Assembly (NCBI GenBank): GCA_034435015.1 | Contig: DAOTYH010000069.1 | Span: 21,312 to 85,311, forward strand | From: Anaerolineae bacterium | GTDB lineage: Bacteria; Chloroflexota; Anaerolineae; Aggregatilineales; UBA3940 | Direction of reading: 5' to 3' | Length of the DNA stretch: 64,000 bases | Part shown: positions 27,530-37,573 of the stretch, piece by piece | Layout: each line of letters begins with the position of its first letter | Position numbering within the stretch: the first letter of the stretch is position 1 | Notes under the pieces: model-generated | What the model was told of the DNA's origin: nothing | Seen by the model: only the letters and a program-made list of their open reading frames with translations | The model's database searches: none | Program-made: the position numbers and the translations under genes

Positions 27530-29849
27530 TCTCCCCCAGCATGAGCGAGTCTTCTCCGTCCGGCCCGGTGAGGCGTCCCCCTTCGCGGGTATATAGCCCC
27601 ACGTACACTATGTACTGACCGGGCGGCACAGCACTGAGGTCAACAGAAACTGTCTCTAGGACAATCTCCCCCGCGTCCCAGATGGAGGTGGGGTAGAGGC
27701 CGGCGTGCGGCTCACCGTCGAACTGCGCCGCGATGTTCCCTTCGGTGTCCCTGACGTGGATAAACATCACATAGTCGGCCTGCGGGGCAGTCAGTGCCTG
27801 CCATGCCAGTTTCACTTCCAGCGTCCCCCTTGAGTGTGCCAGCCGATAACCGTTCAACGCGATCTGATTGCCGAGCGGTGTGCCGAGCGGCGTCAGGGCG
27901 GCGGGGATGGGATCGTTGAAGGGTACTTTGGCTTGCGCGACGCCCCGCCAGTCTATTTCTTCCGGTGCCGGCCCTACGCCGACGGCCAGATCGTACACGC
28001 CTGGGTCGAGCTGAGGGGCGAGGATGAAGGTGTGGTAGCTTGTCACCGGCACGCCGGCAGGCCAAGTGGAGAGGTCAAACAAGCGGTCGGCCTGCCCTGC
28101 TAGTGTCCCTTGGCGGCCCAGCAGACGCACGACCAGATGCTGGGGGGTCTCCAGCGGCTGTGACAGAGACCAGCTCAGGCGGACACGTACAGCCAGACCG
28201 GCCTCCAGCGGCCTGAGAGGAAAGTCAGCGGCGGCGCCGGTCAGGATCAGCCCGCCGGCAAACTCCTGCGGGGTGATGTTCATCTCCTCGACGAGGCGGG
28301 CTTCATAACTGCGCTGATAGACTACCAGCGGGCTACGCAGGTAGCGCGGGTCGGCGAAGCGGGCGATCTCGCGGTATGTTGAATGAAACCATAGATCGCC
28401 CTCCAGCGAATATCCGTACAGTGTCTCCCCCTCTGTGCCGCTCAGAACAAGGTAGTCAGGCATGGCATGGGGAAGCCACCAGTACACGTCGCGGCGGGCG
28501 ATAGCGTCGGCCATATCGGGGTGCAGGAGTCCCAGATAGTCCACCATAGGCCGCTCAGCCCAGTAGCCTAGCTGGCCGATCTCCGCTACGCCGATCTGAG
28601 CCTGAGGGGGGGTGTGTTCACGAAGCCACAGGCCGGTTGTGCGGTAGATGTCCCAGTCCACCGTGGGAAGCATGGAGGGGCCGTGCCTGTCTAGAAAGGC
28701 GGTGTCATGGCGGGGGGTCTGGTCAATCAGGTAGAAGGAACGCCCCGCCGCCAGTCCGAATATCAGCAGGCCGGCTGACAGACCAGCCTGCCGCCAGCGC
28801 CCTGTCAGATGATTCGTTAGCCGTTCCAGCCCCAGCCCAAACAGTGCCGCCAGCGCCGGCACCAGCGGAGCGTAATACCAGCGGTAAGGCGCTACCCCCA
28901 ATACGATGTAACCGGCCATATGAAGGATCGCCCATCCTGCCAGCGGAAATACCCACCGTCGGCGGGGGAGGGAGATCAGGCCGGCCAGTGTGATCAGCCC
29001 GACCGCCGCCCACAGCGGCGACTGGGCGATTAGGTCGCGCCCTAGTGCGGCAAGCCCGCCTGCGAAGGTAGTCCCGACGCTGATGCCGGTAATGCCCAGC
29101 ACAGCCTGTGCGCTCTTTGCGCCAAGTGTAGCAGGGAGCGGCGACCCAAAAGCAAGCGTCGCCCAGATTCCCCACGGAAGCAGTGAGGCTGTGAAAACCC
29201 CGCCCGCTGTCAGCAGGGGGCGCAGAGGGGGGAAGGCACGTTTTGCGCCTGCGGCGGGGGGAAGAAGCCGTCCCGCCAGCAGATAGTCGAGGGCCAGCAC
29301 GCCGGCCAGGATCACCATGTCCGGGCGGGTGAGGACAGCCAGTCCGACCGCCAGCCCGGCCCAAGCCATCTGGCGGCGCAGGTACAGCCATACGGCCAGC
29401 AGTCCCAGCATAAGCTGGAGGGGCGTCTCCAGCCCCAGCGCCAGCCAGACAAGAGGAAAGCCGACGTAGAAAAGGGCTGAAGCCAGACCTGCCCCCCTGC
29501 TGTCTCCATCGGAAGGCTGAATTGAGGAGTCGGGGCGGGCCAGCCCTGCCATGAGCCACCCGCCGATGCCGACCGCCGCTGTGCCAAGCCAGTTGCCCAG
29601 CACCGGCAGATGGCGGGTGATGAAGTATCCGCCGGCCAGCAGGAGGGTGTAGAGGGGGTTGGTGATGCTGAGCACGGGCTGGCCGGCGTTGTACACAAAG
29701 CCAAGCCCTTGTGCCATGTTCCGGGCGTAGCGGTACGAGATGAAGCTGTCATCTAACCGGAAGTCGGCCATCAAGATACCAAGGCCAACCGCCGTCAGCG
29801 CCGGTATCAGTATCTCTGCCGCGTCGGACAGCCGCCTGTGGTCTTTCAT
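27516..29849 (-). CDS. Polytopic membrane glycosyltransferase-like protein (GT-C fold, ArnT/PMT-like) with a large C-terminal extracytoplasmic domain
   Basis: The N-terminal motif is DDSFISYRYARNMAQGLGFVYNAGQP. More than 10 hydrophobic helices are followed by a soluble region of about 300 aa. Confidence 0.65.
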   Translation of the reverse strand: MKDHRRLSDAAEILIPALTAVGLGILMADFRLDDSFISYRYARNMAQGLGFVYNAGQPVLSITNPLYTLLLAGGYFITRHLPVLGNWLGTAAVGIGGWLMAGLARPDSSIQPSDGDSRGAGLASALFYVGFPLVWLALGLETPLQLMLGLLAVWLYLRRQMAWAGLAVGLAVLTRPDMVILAGVLALDYLLAGRLLPPAAGAKRAFPPLRPLLTAGGVFTASLLPWGIWATLAFGSPLPATLGAKSAQAVLGITGISVGTTFAGGLAALGRDLIAQSPLWAAVGLITLAGLISLPRRRWVFPLAGWAILHMAGYIVLGVAPYRWYYAPLVPALAALFGLGLERLTNHLTGRWRQAGLSAGLLIFGLAAGRSFYLIDQTPRHDTAFLDRHGPSMLPTVDWDIYRTTGLWLREHTPPQAQIGVAEIGQLGYWAERPMVDYLGLLHPDMADAIARRDVYWWLPHAMPDYLVLSGTEGETLYGYSLEGDLWFHSTYREIARFADPRYLRSPLVVYQRSYEARLVEEMNITPQEFAGGLILTGAAADFPLRPLEAGLAVRVRLSWSLSQPLETPQHLVVRLLGRQGTLAGQADRLFDLSTWPAGVPVTSYHTFILAPQLDPGVYDLAVGVGPAPEEIDWRGVAQAKVPFNDPIPAALTPLGTPLGNQIALNGYRLAHSRGTLEVKLAWQALTAPQADYVMFIHVRDTEGNIAAQFDGEPHAGLYPTSIWDAGEIVLETVSVDLSAVPPGQYIVYVGLYTREGGRLTGPDGEDSLMLGEITLP

Positions 29850-30036
29850 GCCGGCGATTGTAACCCATTACGGGGCCGGATGCACTGCTTGCGTGGGAAG
29901 TAACAGGGCGGGTAAAATGGAATATATCGCACAGTCACCTGTCCTAGGGACGGGCCGGTCCGTCCGATTACCCGTTTATCTCAATTTGATCCTTTTCTGA
30001 CCGGATTTGTGGTCAGAGGTAACAGGTTCTAACAGG

Positions 30037-31494
30037 ATGCAGACTCTCCAACCCCGTTTACTGCTGGTGGATGGCGACCCCGTTGATCATGCTCTGGTGC
30101 ACACGGAGCTGACGGCTGACCCGTCGCTGATGTGCCTGATAGATGATGCGCCTGACATTGAAACGCTTGAGCGTCTGCTCCGCCAGAAACAGCGGTATGA
30201 TCTAGCGCTTGCGGCTATGAGCTTGCAGAACCTGTCAGGGGCTGAGATCGTCCAGCGTATTCAGGAGGCTGTGCCGGAACTGCCTATTGTGATGCTGGTG
30301 CGCACGGACGAGATCGGCCTGGCGGCCCAGATGGCGCTTCATCAGGGTATTGCCGGTTATGTGCTGAAGGGCGAATCGCATGGGGGACTGTTGCCCGCGA
30401 CGGTGCGCGGGGTTCTGGAGCGGGTTGCGGCGCGACGGGCCGCCCGCGAAGCAGAAGAACGCTTCAGGCGTTTGGCGGAAAACGCGCCCGATATGATCTT
30501 CCGCTGGTCGTATGCGCGGGGTTTTGAGTATGTCAGCCCCGCTTCGACGGAGGTCGTGGGCTATACGCCGGAGGAGCATTATGCCGACCCCGGTCTGGGC
30601 TATCGGGTCATCCACCCGGATGATATTCCGGTGTACGAGAGTGTCTTCTCTGACCTTGCCGATCCGGAGGGGCCGCGCCGCTATTGTGTGATCCGCTGGT
30701 TTCATAAGGACGGGCATATTGTGCATGTCGAAATGCGTATGACGCCCATCTTTGACGCACGCGGCGAGCTGGTGGCCATTGAGGGGATCGCTCGTGACAT
30801 CAGCCAGCATGTGATCGCCCGCGCCCGCTTGCGCGAGCTTACCTCGCGGCTGACGCAGGCTCAGGAGGAAGAGCGCAGACGGATCGCCCGCGAACTGCAT
30901 GATGAGATCGGGCAGGAGTTGACTATCGCCAAGATGCGCCTGCGGATGGTCGAGAACGCCCTTCCGGCGGAGGCTGAGGCCGTTCATGAGAAGCTCAAGA
31001 TGTTGGGGACATTGCTGGATGAGACGTTACAGAACGTCCGGCACCTGTCACATGAACTTCGCCCGCCCCTGTTGGATGAGATGGGGTGGGAGCCTGCGCT
31101 GGCATTGGTGTGTGATACCTTCTCCCAACGCACAGAGCTGCCGGTGATCTATCGGCACAGCGGCAGTGCGGATCGGCTTGACCCCGATGTCGAGATGGTA
31201 GCCTACCGCGTGGTACAGGAGTCGCTGACCAATGTAGCCCGTCACGCGAATGCCCGGCAGGTAGTGGTCCATGCTGACCTGTCGTCCGACGAATTGACGT
31301 TGACCATAGAAGATGACGGGCAGGGGTTCGATATGGCCGCTCTTGATCATACCAGCGATGCGGCGGTAGGGCTGGGTCTGCTGGGAATGCAGGAACGTGT
31401 GGATATGGTCGGGGGACGCATTCAGATTGTGACTGCGCCGGGAAAGGGTACACGGGTTGAGGTCCACCTGCCGCGCAAGGAGCGCAGGCCATGA
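30037..31494 (+). CDS. Sensor histidine kinase of the NarL-partner type (REC-like, PAS, HisKA_3, HATPase)
   Basis: The PAS region contains FRRLAENAPDMIF. ELHDEIGQELT is a HisKA_3 H-box, and GLGLLGMQERV is also present. The gene overlaps the downstream regulator gene by 4 nt. Confidence 0.85.
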   Translation: MQTLQPRLLLVDGDPVDHALVHTELTADPSLMCLIDDAPDIETLERLLRQKQRYDLALAAMSLQNLSGAEIVQRIQEAVPELPIVMLVRTDEIGLAAQMALHQGIAGYVLKGESHGGLLPATVRGVLERVAARRAAREAEERFRRLAENAPDMIFRWSYARGFEYVSPASTEVVGYTPEEHYADPGLGYRVIHPDDIPVYESVFSDLADPEGPRRYCVIRWFHKDGHIVHVEMRMTPIFDARGELVAIEGIARDISQHVIARARLRELTSRLTQAQEEERRRIARELHDEIGQELTIAKMRLRMVENALPAEAEAVHEKLKMLGTLLDETLQNVRHLSHELRPPLLDEMGWEPALALVCDTFSQRTELPVIYRHSGSADRLDPDVEMVAYRVVQESLTNVARHANARQVVVHADLSSDELTLTIEDDGQGFDMAALDHTSDAAVGLGLLGMQERVDMVGGRIQIVTAPGKGTRVEVHLPRKERRP

Positions 31495-32147
31495 GAACAA
31501 TCACAGTGCTGTTGGCAGAGGACCACCATCTGGTGCGGGAAGGGCTGAGGGCCTTGCTGGAAGAGCAGGGGGATTTTAAGATCGTGGCTCAGGCTGAGGA
31601 TGGCAGTCAGGCGATCCAACTGGCTGAAAGCCGCCGCCCGGATGTAGTGGTCATGGATATTGCCATGCCCAACCTGAACGGGCTGGAAGCGACCGCCCGC
31701 CTGCGGCAATTGCCGCGTCCTCCGCAGGTGATCATTCTGTCTCAATACGGGCGGGAGGAATATGTGGTTCAGGCTCTGACGGCAGGGGCCAGCGGCTACC
31801 TGCTGAAGGGGTCTGTAGCTGACGAACTGCCGCGGGCCATCCGAGCGGTTTTTGAGGGGCAGACCTACCTCTCAGAGCAGATTCCGCGTGAGAACATCGA
31901 GGAACTGATGCGCACTCGTGCCGGTACAGCCTCGCCGCTGGAGCGGCTTACCCCCCGTGAGCGGGAAGTGCTTCAGCTTGTAGCGGAGGGCAAGACCAAC
32001 CGCCAGATCGCGGCTTATCTGTCTATCAGCGTTAAGACGGTCGAGAAGCACCGCTTCAACCTGATGGAGAAGCTGAACATCCGCGATGTGACGGGGCTGG
32101 TGCGCTTTGCCATGCTGCATGGCATCATTGAGACAAGGGATAAATAA
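31491..32147 (+). CDS. NarL/FixJ-family response regulator (REC plus LuxR-type HTH)
   Basis: TVLLAEDHHLVREG...DVVVMDIAMPNLNG. The C-terminus LTPREREVLQLVAEGKTNRQIAAYLSISVKTVEKHR is a LuxR-type HTH. Confidence 0.95.
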   Translation: MRTITVLLAEDHHLVREGLRALLEEQGDFKIVAQAEDGSQAIQLAESRRPDVVVMDIAMPNLNGLEATARLRQLPRPPQVIILSQYGREEYVVQALTAGASGYLLKGSVADELPRAIRAVFEGQTYLSEQIPRENIEELMRTRAGTASPLERLTPREREVLQLVAEGKTNRQIAAYLSISVKTVEKHRFNLMEKLNIRDVTGLVRFAMLHGIIETRDK

Positions 32148-32190
32148 AAGGGCGGCCAGTTACAGCTCTTGCCTGACTGGCCGCGCCCGC

Positions 32191-33507
32191 CTATTCGTAC
32201 TTCAACGCCGTGACTGGATTCAGTTGCACCGCCCGCAGGGCCGGGTAAATCCCTGACGCAAGGCCAATGATCAGCGAGAAGACCAGGGCGAAGATCAACA
32301 GCCAGACGGGAATAACCGCAATGCTGACCGGCTCGCTGGAGGTTGCGCCAGAGGCGGCTATCTGGGCGTTGATGTAGGCTCGTGCGATCAGGTCAATGAT
32401 CTTGGCCGCACCTACGCCAAATATGATCCCGCCAATGCCGCCCAGCAGTCCGATTGCCCCCGCCTCCGAGATGAAGACCAGCATCACATCACGGTTGGTC
32501 GCTCCGACCGCTTTCATCAGCCCGATCTCGCGGGTGCGCTCCAGGATGGACATGATCATGGTGTTGGCAATGCCGATGGCGGCCACGATCAGGGCAATCG
32601 CTCCAATCCCCCCAAATACGCCCTGAATGACGCCAAACAGGATATTGAGCTGTTGAAGTGTTGAGCGGGCCGAAAAGGCGAAGAAGCCATCTTCAAGGAG
32701 CTGTTGTTCAACCCGCAGTTCCAGCACTGGATCGTTGACTACCACAATAGCCTGCGAATAGCCCTCAATGCGCCGGTTAGGACGCTGGCCGGTGTACCAG
32801 GCGGTCAGCTCTTCGGCATCATCCAGCGAGAGGAAGACGGTGTAGTCGTCCGAGCCGCCGCGAGGGGCCAGTACACCGCCCACCCGCAGGCGCACCGTGC
32901 GTGTCACCGGACGGCCATCCTCGCCGGTGCGTGTCATCTGGACGGTCAGCGTCTGGCCGTACAGGTCGAGCGGCTCGCTGGCGGCTGTGCTGGACCGCCG
33001 CCGGGGGTCCACGAAGCTTTCCCCGACCTTCGACCCTACCACGACTGTCCAGTTCCCCAGTGTGCCTGTCCCCTCTGCCATCTCCATGTTCAGGTCACGG
33101 ATGGCGTACCGGTCAACACCGGTCAGTGTAACTGAGCCGATCAAGCGGTTCAGTTTCAGGGTAGCGGGGACAGATAACGGCTCGTAGGGGGTCACGGCAT
33201 CTACCCCCTCCATCTGAGCGATCCGTTCGAGAGCGCGGGGTGTCAGCCGTCCCCCTTCCTCAGTGGTCGTGGTAACCATGCCGCCGCCAAGTGCCCGGAA
33301 GAACGCCCCCGGCATGACTGTGATCTGGTTGAGCGGCCCAAATTCGTCCATACTGCCGATGGAGTTTTCTCTCAGGCCGGAGGCAAGCGCGATCAGGACG
33401 ACAATAGCCGCCGTGCCGATCAGCACGCCCATCGCCGTCATGATTGCCCGCCCGCGCATACGGTTCAGGTTCGACCAGACCAGCCGGAGCAGATCACGCG
33501 GTTTCAT
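32191..33507 (-). CDS. ABC transporter permease, MacB/FtsX type
   Basis: It has an N-terminal TM helix, a large periplasmic domain and a C-terminal FtsX motif region (ILERTREIGLMKAVGAT). Confidence 0.9.
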   Translation of the reverse strand: MKPRDLLRLVWSNLNRMRGRAIMTAMGVLIGTAAIVVLIALASGLRENSIGSMDEFGPLNQITVMPGAFFRALGGGMVTTTTEEGGRLTPRALERIAQMEGVDAVTPYEPLSVPATLKLNRLIGSVTLTGVDRYAIRDLNMEMAEGTGTLGNWTVVVGSKVGESFVDPRRRSSTAASEPLDLYGQTLTVQMTRTGEDGRPVTRTVRLRVGGVLAPRGGSDDYTVFLSLDDAEELTAWYTGQRPNRRIEGYSQAIVVVNDPVLELRVEQQLLEDGFFAFSARSTLQQLNILFGVIQGVFGGIGAIALIVAAIGIANTMIMSILERTREIGLMKAVGATNRDVMLVFISEAGAIGLLGGIGGIIFGVGAAKIIDLIARAYINAQIAASGATSSEPVSIAVIPVWLLIFALVFSLIIGLASGIYPALRAVQLNPVTALKYE

Positions 33508-35165
33508 GGATTGGTGATCCCTTCCAATTCAGATTCAACCGGGCGTGTCCCCAGCCCCAAGAAGCCTAGAACAGCCCGCCACAGCCGTTCACCAAACGAG
33601 AGGCTGTTGTCATTCCCTGCATCGGCTTGAGCCGGTCTGGCTCCCCTCTCCGTGCTGAAGAGAGCGCCCTCGTTGACCTCGAAGGTCAGCGTGTGAGTGA
33701 CAACCTGGGGCTGTTGGAAAGAGTCAAGGTAGTTGACACGGACCTCAACGACAGCCGTGCCGGCATGGAGCGCTTCTGCCTGTGCCACCAGCGAGCCGGA
33801 CGTGCCGCCGTCCAGCGGGCCGACATAAAGCGAGCCGTCGGTGATGGCCAGATCGTCGCTGACGACCTCAATCGTGCTGACGTTGATCATACTGCGCCCA
33901 ATGTTGATCACTTCAACCGGAATCTCAAATGTGTCGCCGACTGTAATCGTCTCCGGCACAGCATCGAACAGGCGAATCTCAAAATAGGGGACAGCGATCA
34001 CCTGAAGGCTGATCGTCTCCACTTCGTTATGGTGGACGCCGTAGGCGTCGTTGTATTCCAGGCTGACGTTCAAAGCAACCAGGCCGGCCTGCGCATTGCC
34101 ATCCACGATCAGGTCGAAGCCGAGGGGAATGCGCGTCGAAGCATCAATCTGCTCCACATAGCGGACGTTACTGCTTCCCAGCGGCGCCAGCGGCCCCAGC
34201 GCGGCGGCGTTCTCGCCCAGCCGCACAATGACCTGCTTGGCCGGGCCGCCGCCGACGTTGACCAGCTCCAGATTGAGGCGGAAGGTCGAGCCGGGCGAAA
34301 TGGTGGCCGGATCGGTCGAGTAGCGTTCGATCAGCAGGCGCGGCGTGCGGGCAACGGCCCCGCTCATCTCAATCGGGACGCTCTGCTGAGACTGATACAT
34401 GCCGCCGCTTGGGCTGGTGTACTCAACGGTGAAGTCCTGCGTCACGCGCTCTCCCGGCGACTGGATGAGCACCAAAGGGAGGGTAAGTGAGGCAGTCTCG
34501 TTGACCTTGATCGCCCCTTCAAGCGGGAAGGCACTACTGCCCTCCGCCGGGCTGAAGTACTGGCTTGGCCCCAAGTTGACGATCACGCCGGTAGCCCAGC
34601 GGTTACCGGTGTTGTGGAGCGTCAGAGTCAGCATCAGCCAGCCGGTCTCCGAGTCGACGGTGACAGACGAATCCTCGATCACAAGCTGGGGGCGGCCTGT
34701 ATCCTGCCCGGTCGAAGGGGCCAGCCCTTTGACGTAGACGCCCACACTCCCGCTGGTAACAGCCTGCCCGCCCATGCCCCATTCATGGTGGTAGGTGAAC
34801 TCAATTGGGATTGAGTAGTAACCGGTTGTCAGGGTGTTGGAAATACCAACCCTCAGGGTGGCAGTTCGTGTCTCGCCAATGCCGATGTGGCCAAAACGCG
34901 GCCCCGGCTCCAGCCCAACGAATGTGCCGCCCTGTCCGATGTTGACTGTCACCTCGTTAGCGCCAAATGTGCCAATGTTGGTGAAGGTGATGGTCAGGTC
35001 AAACTCCATGCCGCGCTGGAGTTCAGCAGGGTCAGTAGACCAGCTATCAATGTTGAAGGCTGGTGTGCCGCCCTGGGCGTAGGCTGGAGCCGCCCCCGCC
35101 GTTAGAGAGACGGCCAGCAGTAACCCTGCCAGCGCCAGACTTTTAAGAACCACTGCCCTCTTCAT
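33504..35165 (-). CDS. Secreted protein with four CARDB-like (COG1361-type) beta-sandwich repeats and a C-terminal hydrophobic segment
   Basis: The signal peptide is MKRAVVLKSLALAGLLLAVSLTAGAAPAYAQG, starting at the ATG at 35165. Units of about 110 aa repeat the pattern ...F.L.L.V.N.G...A..V.V.L. The gene overlaps the permease gene by 4 nt. Confidence 0.7.
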   Translation of the reverse strand: MKRAVVLKSLALAGLLLAVSLTAGAAPAYAQGGTPAFNIDSWSTDPAELQRGMEFDLTITFTNIGTFGANEVTVNIGQGGTFVGLEPGPRFGHIGIGETRTATLRVGISNTLTTGYYSIPIEFTYHHEWGMGGQAVTSGSVGVYVKGLAPSTGQDTGRPQLVIEDSSVTVDSETGWLMLTLTLHNTGNRWATGVIVNLGPSQYFSPAEGSSAFPLEGAIKVNETASLTLPLVLIQSPGERVTQDFTVEYTSPSGGMYQSQQSVPIEMSGAVARTPRLLIERYSTDPATISPGSTFRLNLELVNVGGGPAKQVIVRLGENAAALGPLAPLGSSNVRYVEQIDASTRIPLGFDLIVDGNAQAGLVALNVSLEYNDAYGVHHNEVETISLQVIAVPYFEIRLFDAVPETITVGDTFEIPVEVINIGRSMINVSTIEVVSDDLAITDGSLYVGPLDGGTSGSLVAQAEALHAGTAVVEVRVNYLDSFQQPQVVTHTLTFEVNEGALFSTERGARPAQADAGNDNSLSFGERLWRAVLGFLGLGTRPVESELEGITNP

Positions 35166-35202
35166 ACTCGCTCTCCCGTCCAAGAATGTGGGAATTGATC
35201 CG

Positions 35203-35910
35203 CTACAGCGGCGCAATTTCCTCGCTGACAATGCACCCGTCCAGCATGTGGACGGTGCGTGTGGCATGTGCACTGATGCGCGGATCGTGTGTCACGATGA
35301 CGATAGTCTGCCCCAGCCGGTTCAGCCCGCTGAGCAGAATCATGATCTCTTCGCCGGTTTTGGTATCAAGGTTGCCGGTCGGCTCATCGCCCAGCACGAT
35401 CTGCGGAGCATTGACCAGTGCACGGGCCAGCGCGACACGTTGTTGCTGGCCGCCTGACAGCTCAGTGGGTTTATGATGCATCCGGTCGCCCAACCCGACC
35501 TGCTCCAGAAGCTCCATGGCCCGCCTGCGGCGCTCGGCTACCGGTGTGCCGGCGAAGATCATGGGGAACTCCACGTTCTCCAAGGCTGTCATGGTCGGGA
35601 TGAGATTGAAGGTCTGAAAGACAAAGCCGACCTTCTGCCGCCGGTAATGTGCCAGTGCATTGGCGTCGAGACGCTCAATCTGCAAACCATCCACAGTGAT
35701 ACTGCCTTCGTCGGGTCTATCCAATCCGCCCAGTACGTTGAGCAGGGTGGTCTTGCCACTGCCGCTTGGCCCCATCAGGCACAGAAGCTCGCCGCGCTGG
35801 ATGTCCAGATCGATCCCATCGAGCGCCCGAATGATTGTGTCCCCCAGGCGGAAGCGCCGTTTCAAGCCGCGAAGTGCAATGAAAGCTGGCTGATCAGACA
35901 TATCTCTCAA
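35203..35910 (-). CDS. ABC transporter ATP-binding protein (MacB/LolD-like)
   Basis: Walker A is GPSGSGKTT, the signature is LSGGQQQRVALARAL, and Walker B is VLGDEPTGNLD. Confidence 0.95.
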   Translation of the reverse strand: MRDMSDQPAFIALRGLKRRFRLGDTIIRALDGIDLDIQRGELLCLMGPSGSGKTTLLNVLGGLDRPDEGSITVDGLQIERLDANALAHYRRQKVGFVFQTFNLIPTMTALENVEFPMIFAGTPVAERRRRAMELLEQVGLGDRMHHKPTELSGGQQQRVALARALVNAPQIVLGDEPTGNLDTKTGEEIMILLSGLNRLGQTIVIVTHDPRISAHATRTVHMLDGCIVSEEIAPL

Positions 35911-36713
35911 GCCCCAGTAAAAGCTCTGCTGATAGATGCCATGATAGCCGTATATCCCAGCGTGATGATGACAACCAACGCCCAGTAGATGAATGCCACA
36001 AAGGCGCTCTTGACACGGTTGAGTTGCGCAGTCGCTGACACGCCCAGCCCGATCAGCACCAGACTCCAGACCAGATAAATGTCAATCCCCTGCAAAAAAG
36101 CCAGCAGGACAGGCGGCATCGCGCTTGCCTCAGCGCTGGTAAACATGAAGCCCAGACCGGGTGAGGGCAGGCTGCCGGTCACCAGAATAACTATCCCGGC
36201 CACAAGACTGCGTACCGCGTCGGGGAAGGTTGTCCAGACGGCCATACGCCAGACCTGCTTGAAGCTGGAATGCCCGCCCAGCGCCAGCCCGACCAGAAAC
36301 AGCACACCGGCACGCACGAGATACCCGATCAGAGTGCCGACCGCCCCCCCAACCAGCCCGATTGCGCCCAGCACAGCTTGAGAGGAGGCGATGTTCTGGG
36401 CCTGCTGTACCTGTGCCTGCTGATCGGCGGGAAGCTGGGAGGTATCGGTGCCGCCCATCTGGGCGGCCATAGCGGCGCGGGCGATCTCGGCCTCGATGGG
36501 GACGCTGGCTACTGTTACCAGCAACAGCGTCAGCAAGGCGATCACGAACATCAGCCACCAGTACCCGTGACGGGCTTCGCGCATCCGCTGGAAGGTGCGG
36601 TACGGGCGGGTGATCACGCCCAACAGAATCTCAAGCGGACTGAGGGTCTCGGTTTCAACAGGTAGCGCTTCGACTTCGATTGCTTCACTCATAGGTCCTG
36701 CCTTCGGTTGCAT
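35907..36713 (-). CDS. Yip1-domain integral membrane protein
   Basis: The N-terminus ILLGVITRPYRTFQRM is followed by five hydrophobic helices, which is the typical bacterial YIP1-family layout. The gene overlaps the ATPase gene by 4 nt. Confidence 0.65.
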   Translation of the reverse strand: MQPKAGPMSEAIEVEALPVETETLSPLEILLGVITRPYRTFQRMREARHGYWWLMFVIALLTLLLVTVASVPIEAEIARAAMAAQMGGTDTSQLPADQQAQVQQAQNIASSQAVLGAIGLVGGAVGTLIGYLVRAGVLFLVGLALGGHSSFKQVWRMAVWTTFPDAVRSLVAGIVILVTGSLPSPGLGFMFTSAEASAMPPVLLAFLQGIDIYLVWSLVLIGLGVSATAQLNRVKSAFVAFIYWALVVIITLGYTAIMASISRAFTGA

Positions 36714-36928
36714 GAGTATCCTGAACGGATCAGCGATCTTAGTGTGCCGGCATCAGCTCGGCCTGTGTCATAAAGAACTATAGAAATCATTCTATATAGA
36801 ATTATAACAACATATCATAAGGTCGTCAAGACGGCCTGCCGGCAGGCGCGGCGGTCTGCTTTTGGGTATCACAACGTGTCTACATGGAATACGTAGATCG
36901 GCTTGCCAAGGTTGTAAGACGGACGGGG

Positions 36929-37573
36929 TTATTTCTCCCCCGTCCAGAAGGACAGGACTTCAAGGCCCGGATGGGAGCGTACCGCCTCCAGCAGGGTTTC
37001 CAGTGAAATCCCTTCTACCCGCAGGGTGAAGTTGGACCGTTCAGGGGTAGGGGCCGGATGAGAGGCAATAGAGTGGATGTTGCCGTTAACCGCGGCGATG
37101 CGTCCGGCCAGCGCGGCAAGCTGTCCGGGGGCGTTATCTACCTGAACAGTCAGCCGCAGGGTCTGACTGCCGCCGCCCAGGATGGCGACAAATTGCCGGA
37201 ACAGGTCGGTGTCGGTGATGATGCCGACCAGATTGCCGTCTTTGATGACCGGCAGGCAGCCGATCCTGTGCCTGATCATCACAGAGGCCGCTTCTTCGAG
37301 CGGGAAGTCGGGCGTAGTGGTGATCAGGTTGCGTTTCATCACCTCTTTGACGCGCAGGAGCACACCGTCGCCGATGACGGCTTTGGGGGTCGGGGCGGCA
37401 GGTTTCGCCGTGCGCAGGTCGCGCTCTGAGACAAGGCCTACCAGATTGCCTTGCTCATCTACAACCGGCAGGTGGCGGAAGCGCCCGGCACGCATGAGCG
37501 CAATAGCGGCCAGGTAGTCGCTGTCGGGGCGCACCGTGATCGGGTTGGGTGTCATGACCTCCTGCACCAGCAC
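36929..37573 (-). CDS. CBS-pair plus ACT-like domain protein
   Basis: Two CBS motifs are present (VMTPNPITV...HLPVVDEQGNLVGLVSERDL and VMKRNLITT...CLPVIKDGNLVGIITDTDL). A C-terminal ACT-like beta-alpha-beta region follows. Confidence 0.8.
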   Translation of the reverse strand: MLVQEVMTPNPITVRPDSDYLAAIALMRAGRFRHLPVVDEQGNLVGLVSERDLRTAKPAAPTPKAVIGDGVLLRVKEVMKRNLITTTPDFPLEEAASVMIRHRIGCLPVIKDGNLVGIITDTDLFRQFVAILGGGSQTLRLTVQVDNAPGQLAALAGRIAAVNGNIHSIASHPAPTPERSNFTLRVEGISLETLLEAVRSHPGLEVLSFWTGEK

